The notes under the pieces are model-generated. The model saw only the letters and a list, made by a program, of their open reading frames with translations, was not told the DNA's origin and did not search any database. Positions 59,821 through 64,000 of a stretch of DNA of 64,000 bases are shown in pieces. A program made the position numbers and the translations under genes. How positions within the stretch are numbered: the first letter of the stretch is position 1; the number at the start of each line of letters is the position of its first letter. The stretch is taken from NCBI RefSeq assembly GCF_009914755.1, contig NC_060932.1; one strand, given 5' to 3'. This stretch comes from the human T2T-CHM13v2.0 reference genome, Homo sapiens.

Positions 59821-60290
59821 ACAAAACTACAAAAACATTTGGCTGCTTATTTCTAAGATTTTCTGGCTCTGTTCTCCTTCCCTGCTTTTCTGTGGATGTT
59901 CTTTTATCCTTAGTTTCTGTTGTTTTGCTCAAATGTGATTTCAAGCTTGGTAGTTTTCCTTCAAATTGAGTTCTTATTTTGGAAGGCAGCTCTGCTGATC
60001 AGTTTCAAAAAATAAAATAAAATAAAATAAAATTCATAGGATTAGATTGCTCCTGCCCCGCAGACCTTACCATGAACTGCCTACCTTCATTCCTATTGAA
60101 GAGGCCAATGCCTCTTCCCAGTTCAGTTGCTCATCTTAAATCCTTCACCTGCACCTGCCAGTGAGTATTGTTGGAAATTGCAGAGTCTTCATGTTCCAAG
60201 GATCTTGACTTGCCGCGTTGTTTTTTTCTGAATTTATTAGAACATGAGTTATGTCATTCCAGATCACTATTGACTTTGCTGGGACAGCAC

Positions 60291-60676
60291 TGTGTCCGAG
60301 AGACCCTAGAAGAGACTCAGGGCCAGCAAATGACACTTAGGGTTTATTGAGGACTTACACACAGGTCAGTTCAAGAGTAGCAGGTTAGACAGGAAAACCA
60401 CTATCATTTGTTAAAAAAAAAAAAAGCGTGCAGGTTATACAGTATTTTCATTTAGCAACCTCCACCTAGCTAACAAAGGGCCTCAATCCTCTGTACAGCC
60501 TGCCTTCCAACTAATGGGCCAGGGATTCAAATGTCCTTCATAGATAAGGAATGAATCTCCAGGTTGGCCACTCCCAGATTCCTTAGCTCAGAACTCTGAA
60601 CACACATTCTTCTTAGATCATAGGCACATTCTGAGGGTATGCTGAAGTGATTGCTGCCAAGTACCTCTGCCACACA
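60291..60676 (-). mobile_element. Solo LTR (LTR47-like, ERVL)
   Basis: Reverse complement TGTGTGGCAGAGG...aagaagaatgtgtgttcagagttctgagctaaggaatc; reverse polyA signal tttatt near 60353. Confidence 0.6.
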
Positions 60677-60867
60677 GGTTATACCACCCTTGAACAATTC
60701 TTCCACAGCAAATGCAGTGAGAACAGCAGCCAATGCTCAGAAACCAGGTTATACGAGTAACTTGTTGGAAGGAAAGCTTTTCCTCTGCCAGGTTGAATCC
60801 AGTGGTTGGGGGCCTGTATATTAACTGACAATGGACAGATTAACAGGAAAAAAGGTTTGCTTATGCA

Positions 60868-61389
60868 TTAAAGGAGTTCAGGAAATGCCACTATAAAATA
60901 TGCCCCTTCAGTGTGTTGACATTTCATACTGAGGGCACTTGGGGGACAGTGGATGTAGGCAGAGGCTTTCTCTGGGCTCCCCTTATGTGTCTAAAAACAG
61001 ATCCTCTGAAAGGAACTCAGCTGTCATCAGTCCCCTCCCAAGGAATTTCATCAACCAGGGAAGATTAACTTGTATCACAGGAGGGGAGTCAGGGCGTCAA
61101 TGCCACACTCAGACAAACTTAGTCACAGACTGTCACCTATTCTTCCAAAGGCCCATTCATCTTTTCCATTCATCAGCTACTCTCCTCTAAGCTGCCTCCA
61201 TACCCCCTCCCCTATGAAGAGGGTACATAAGCTTCTAGACTAACTGGGTTTGGGTGGTATTCCCCTTTTTTTCCTCCGATGCCCCTATGCATGTAACAAA
61301 TTTGCATACTTTTTCTCCTGTTAATCTGCCTGTTGTCACAGACTCACTTACAGGACCTAAGAGTAGAGAGAAGGCATTTTCTCCCATAC
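60868..61389 (+). mobile_element. ERV1 LTR (MER34/LTR48-related)
   Basis: 4-bp TSD TGCA at 60864-60867 and 61390-61393; ttttctcctgttaatctgcctgttgtca. Confidence 0.65.
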
Positions 61390-61524
61390 TGCATACATGC
61401 AGGAGTACTCAGTGAAGAGCAACTTGCTCAATAGCCAGAGATGAAAAGCTTATATAACAAATTTAACAAGTATGAGCAGGGTGGTGGTGGGGTTAGGGCT
61501 TCAAAGGGAAGGTATGGAAGGTTC

Positions 61525-62220
61525 TGAAACCACCATTGCAAAAATTATACAAGTGAGAAAATTATGACAGTGAAAGAGATCTGATCTAACCAACGCCCAT
61601 GTTGCCTCTAATCTCCAAACTTCCCTTAATCTCTCCTGAGCTTACAGCAAGCTGACTTTGGAAGAAATTTAGTTTATAGTTTAAACAATAATAGCCCTTC
61701 CCCGAAACTGTATCACCTTTGTAAAGCTAGTGAAAGACCACCAGGTTAAGAGGATGAGAGGAGGCTGAATTCTGCTAGGTGTAGACATAAACAATTACCA
61801 ACCGTTATTTCGGAAGTCACAAGACTTGCAACTTCACTAATTACTCCTGCAGGTAACATCATTTTTGTAGAACCTAAGATTGGCCTTTGAGATGTCTTTT
61901 CAGGTTTTTGCATTTTTGCACCTGGGCCAACCAATGGTTACACCCAGAAGCAAACTTAGCACATACAAGAACCATTTTCCATATGCCTATGATTGCATCC
62001 CCAGCTGATCAGCAGCCCCCAACCCCTGCCTGCCAAATTGTCCTTGAGAAACCCTAGCCTCTGAATTTTGTGGGGAGATTGATTTGAGTAATGACTCTAT
62101 CTCCCACATGGCATGGTTGGCCTCATGTCAGTTAAGCTATTTCTCCTTTGCAATGCCATGATCTTAGTGAATTGGTTTTGTTTGTGCAGTGAACAAAGAG
62201 AAGCTGCCAGACAGTTAAGA
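61525..62220 (+). mobile_element. LTR8-family (LTR8A/B-like) solo LTR
   Basis: Starts TGAAACCACCATTGCAAAA; 4-bp TSD GTTC at 61521-61524 and 62221-62224. Confidence 0.8.
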
Positions 62221-62743
62221 GTTCTAGTTACATTTTTGATGCTAACAAAATGAGCAGCCTGTCCCCGCAGCAGCTGAATTCACAGGAAATCCCCTATGAG
62301 GGGGGTTAATGTCACTGTATTTTCTGGAGGCTCTGCTTTAGTCAGATAAAGGAAGTTGAGATAAGATTTATTTCTGCATCTTCTTCAGTTCAAATCTTTT
62401 CCCTTTAAGATAATCTTTATACCAATTCTGGGGGTCTGAGCATGTTCCCACACAGGTTGGTAACAGCCAACAGGGAAGGCTAGCCCCACCTCTTTGCCTG
62501 TCCCATGAGGATGAGTACTCACACTGGTGTAAGAGACCAGAACATGCCACCCCCAAATACTCTGCCTTGGCATAAGGATTATTTTGAGAAACTGAAGACA
62601 CAGAAAAATCTCTGAAAGCAGAGTAGAGGTTACCCTTTTGTAGGGGCAATTTATATCTATAAGGGAAATCTCCATTTGTAAGGATGTCTATCTGTACCAG
62701 GAACTCTTATCAATGGAAAAGGCATGGATTTAAATCTTCAGAA

Positions 62744-63324
62744 TGTTGATGAAAAGAGTCAAACCCTGTAAAATACTGGAAGAGATTTATTCTGAGCCAA
62801 ATATGAGTGACCGATGGCCCATGACACAGCTCTCAGGAGATCCTGAGGACAAGTGCCCAAGGTAGTCCAGGTTTAGCTTGGCTTTACACATTTTAGAGAG
62901 ATATAAGACATCGATCAATACATGTAAGACATACACTGGTTTCATTTGGAAAGTCAGCACAATTGGAAGCAAGGCGTTTCCAAGTCACAAGCAGATTCAA
63001 AGATTTTCTGATTGGCAATTGGTGGAAAGAGCTATTATCAATAGAAAGGAATGTCTGGCTGAGGGGTTGTGGAGACCAAGGTTTTATCATGGGGATAAAG
63101 CCTCCAGGTAGCAGGCTTCAGAGAGAATAGATTGTAAATGTTTTTATTAAAGAGTCTGCTGTATCAGTAATTTCAAAAGGGAGGTGAGTATCCTGAGGCA
63201 TATCTGGCTCTGCCTTCCCATCATGGCCTGAAACTAGTTTTTTAGGTTAACTTTGGAAGGCCCTTGGCTGAGAGGAGGGGTCCATTCAGATGACTGGATG
63301 TAGGCCTTCAAATTTTTTTTTACA
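62744..63324 (-). mobile_element. MER4-family LTR (may extend to 63972 around the L1)
   Basis: tgttgatgaaaagagtcaaaccctgtaaaata...gaagagatttattctgagccaaatatgagtgacc. Confidence 0.8.
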
Positions 63325-63400
63325 TTGCTACTGAATGTTTATGAGTATTAATGCAGGATATGGAAATATCCCTTAAAGAATTGAGAATAATTTTAGAAAA

Positions 63401-63942
63401 TTTTTTTTCACTTTCATTTCAAGTTCAGGGGTACATGTGCAGGTTTGTTATATAGGCAAACTTGTGTCATGGGGGTTTGTTGTACAGATTATTTCATCAC
63501 CCAGGTATTAAGCCCAGTACCATTAGTTATTTTTCCTGATCCTCTCCCTCCTCCTACCCTTCAGCCTCTGATAAGCCCCAGTGTATATTGTTCCCCTTTA
63601 TGTGTCCATGTGTTCTCATCATTTAGCTCCCCGTCATAAGTGAGAACATGCAGTATTTGGTTTTCTGTTCCTGCAATAGTTTGCTAAGGAGAATCCAAAA
63701 CTATAAAAACTTCAGCAAAGATTTCATGATGAAGACGCCAAAAGCAATTGCAATAAAAGCAAATATTGACAAATGGGATCTAATTAAACTAAAGAGCTTC
63801 TGCACAGCAGAAGAAACTATGACTATGACTATGTCTGTTTACTAGAAGACTACACAGACAACCTAAATAATGGGAGAAAATTTTTGCAAACTATGCATCT
63901 GACAAAGGTCCAATAACCTGCATCTGTAAGGAACTTAAATTT
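63401..63942. mobile_element. L1PA-type element with 5' inversion (minus 3'UTR 63401-63694, plus ORF2 fragment 63695-63942)
   Basis: Reverse L1 3' end abuts forward ORF2 sequence encoding [31 protein letters not shown]. Confidence 0.8.
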
Positions 63943-64000
63943 CAAGAAAATAACTTTATTTTGGGGTTTACAATAACAAACCCTACCATGGTTTACTGAG

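Larger units (their letters stand above)
60763..62454 (-). mobile_element. ERV1 MER4-group LTR split by two inserted LTRs
   Basis: tgttggaagg...cagattaacaggaaaaaagg at the left end, cccacaca at the right; continuity restored by removing the TSD-bounded inserts. Confidence 0.6.
62528..64000 (+). mobile_element. MER34-like LTR (62528-62743, resuming at 63973) interrupted by MER4/L1
   Basis: tgtaagagaccagaacatgccaccccaaata...ggcataaggattattttgagaaactg; resumes ataacaaaccctacc. Confidence 0.7.

Overview
Human (primate) genomic DNA containing the lipoprotein lipase gene LPL on the + strand, from the end of intron 1 through exons 2-10 (about 1223-20297), followed by about 44 kb of gene-free, transposon-dense downstream sequence. 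Exon 1 and the promoter lie upstream of the window. Exons 2-9 have canonical AG/GT boundaries and lengths 161/180/112/234/243/121/183/105 nt. Together with 88 coding nt from the absent exon 1 and 1 nt from exon 10, they give the 1428-nt, 475-aa LPL CDS with an intact Ser-Asp-His triad. The TGA stop is split across intron 9 (TG|A). The rest of the window is Alu, L1, L2, MIR, MaLR, ERV1/ERVL LTRs, hAT/Tigger DNA transposons and microsatellites. Repeat family names come from my recollection of consensus sequences, not from a RepeatMasker run, and repeat boundaries are approximate unless TSDs are quoted. Apart from those overlapping LPL exons, none of the ORF-track ORFs looks like a real gene. I found no wholly new multi-gene system. 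The best leads are: (1) consequences of the split stop codon (a hidden 39-codon in-frame tail in exon 10, an LPL+Trp intron-9 isoform, and a stop-less exon 8-9 circle flanked by inverted Alus); (2) a 134-nt cluster of repressive motifs confined to the alternatively polyadenylated distal 3'UTR; (3) a near-perfect 118-bp palindrome in intron 3; (4) a 134-bp local duplication bracketed by 11-bp direct repeats; (5) a pristine AluYg6; (6) a nested LTR pile-up at 60-64 kb. The isoform and regulatory ideas are hypotheses, not observations.
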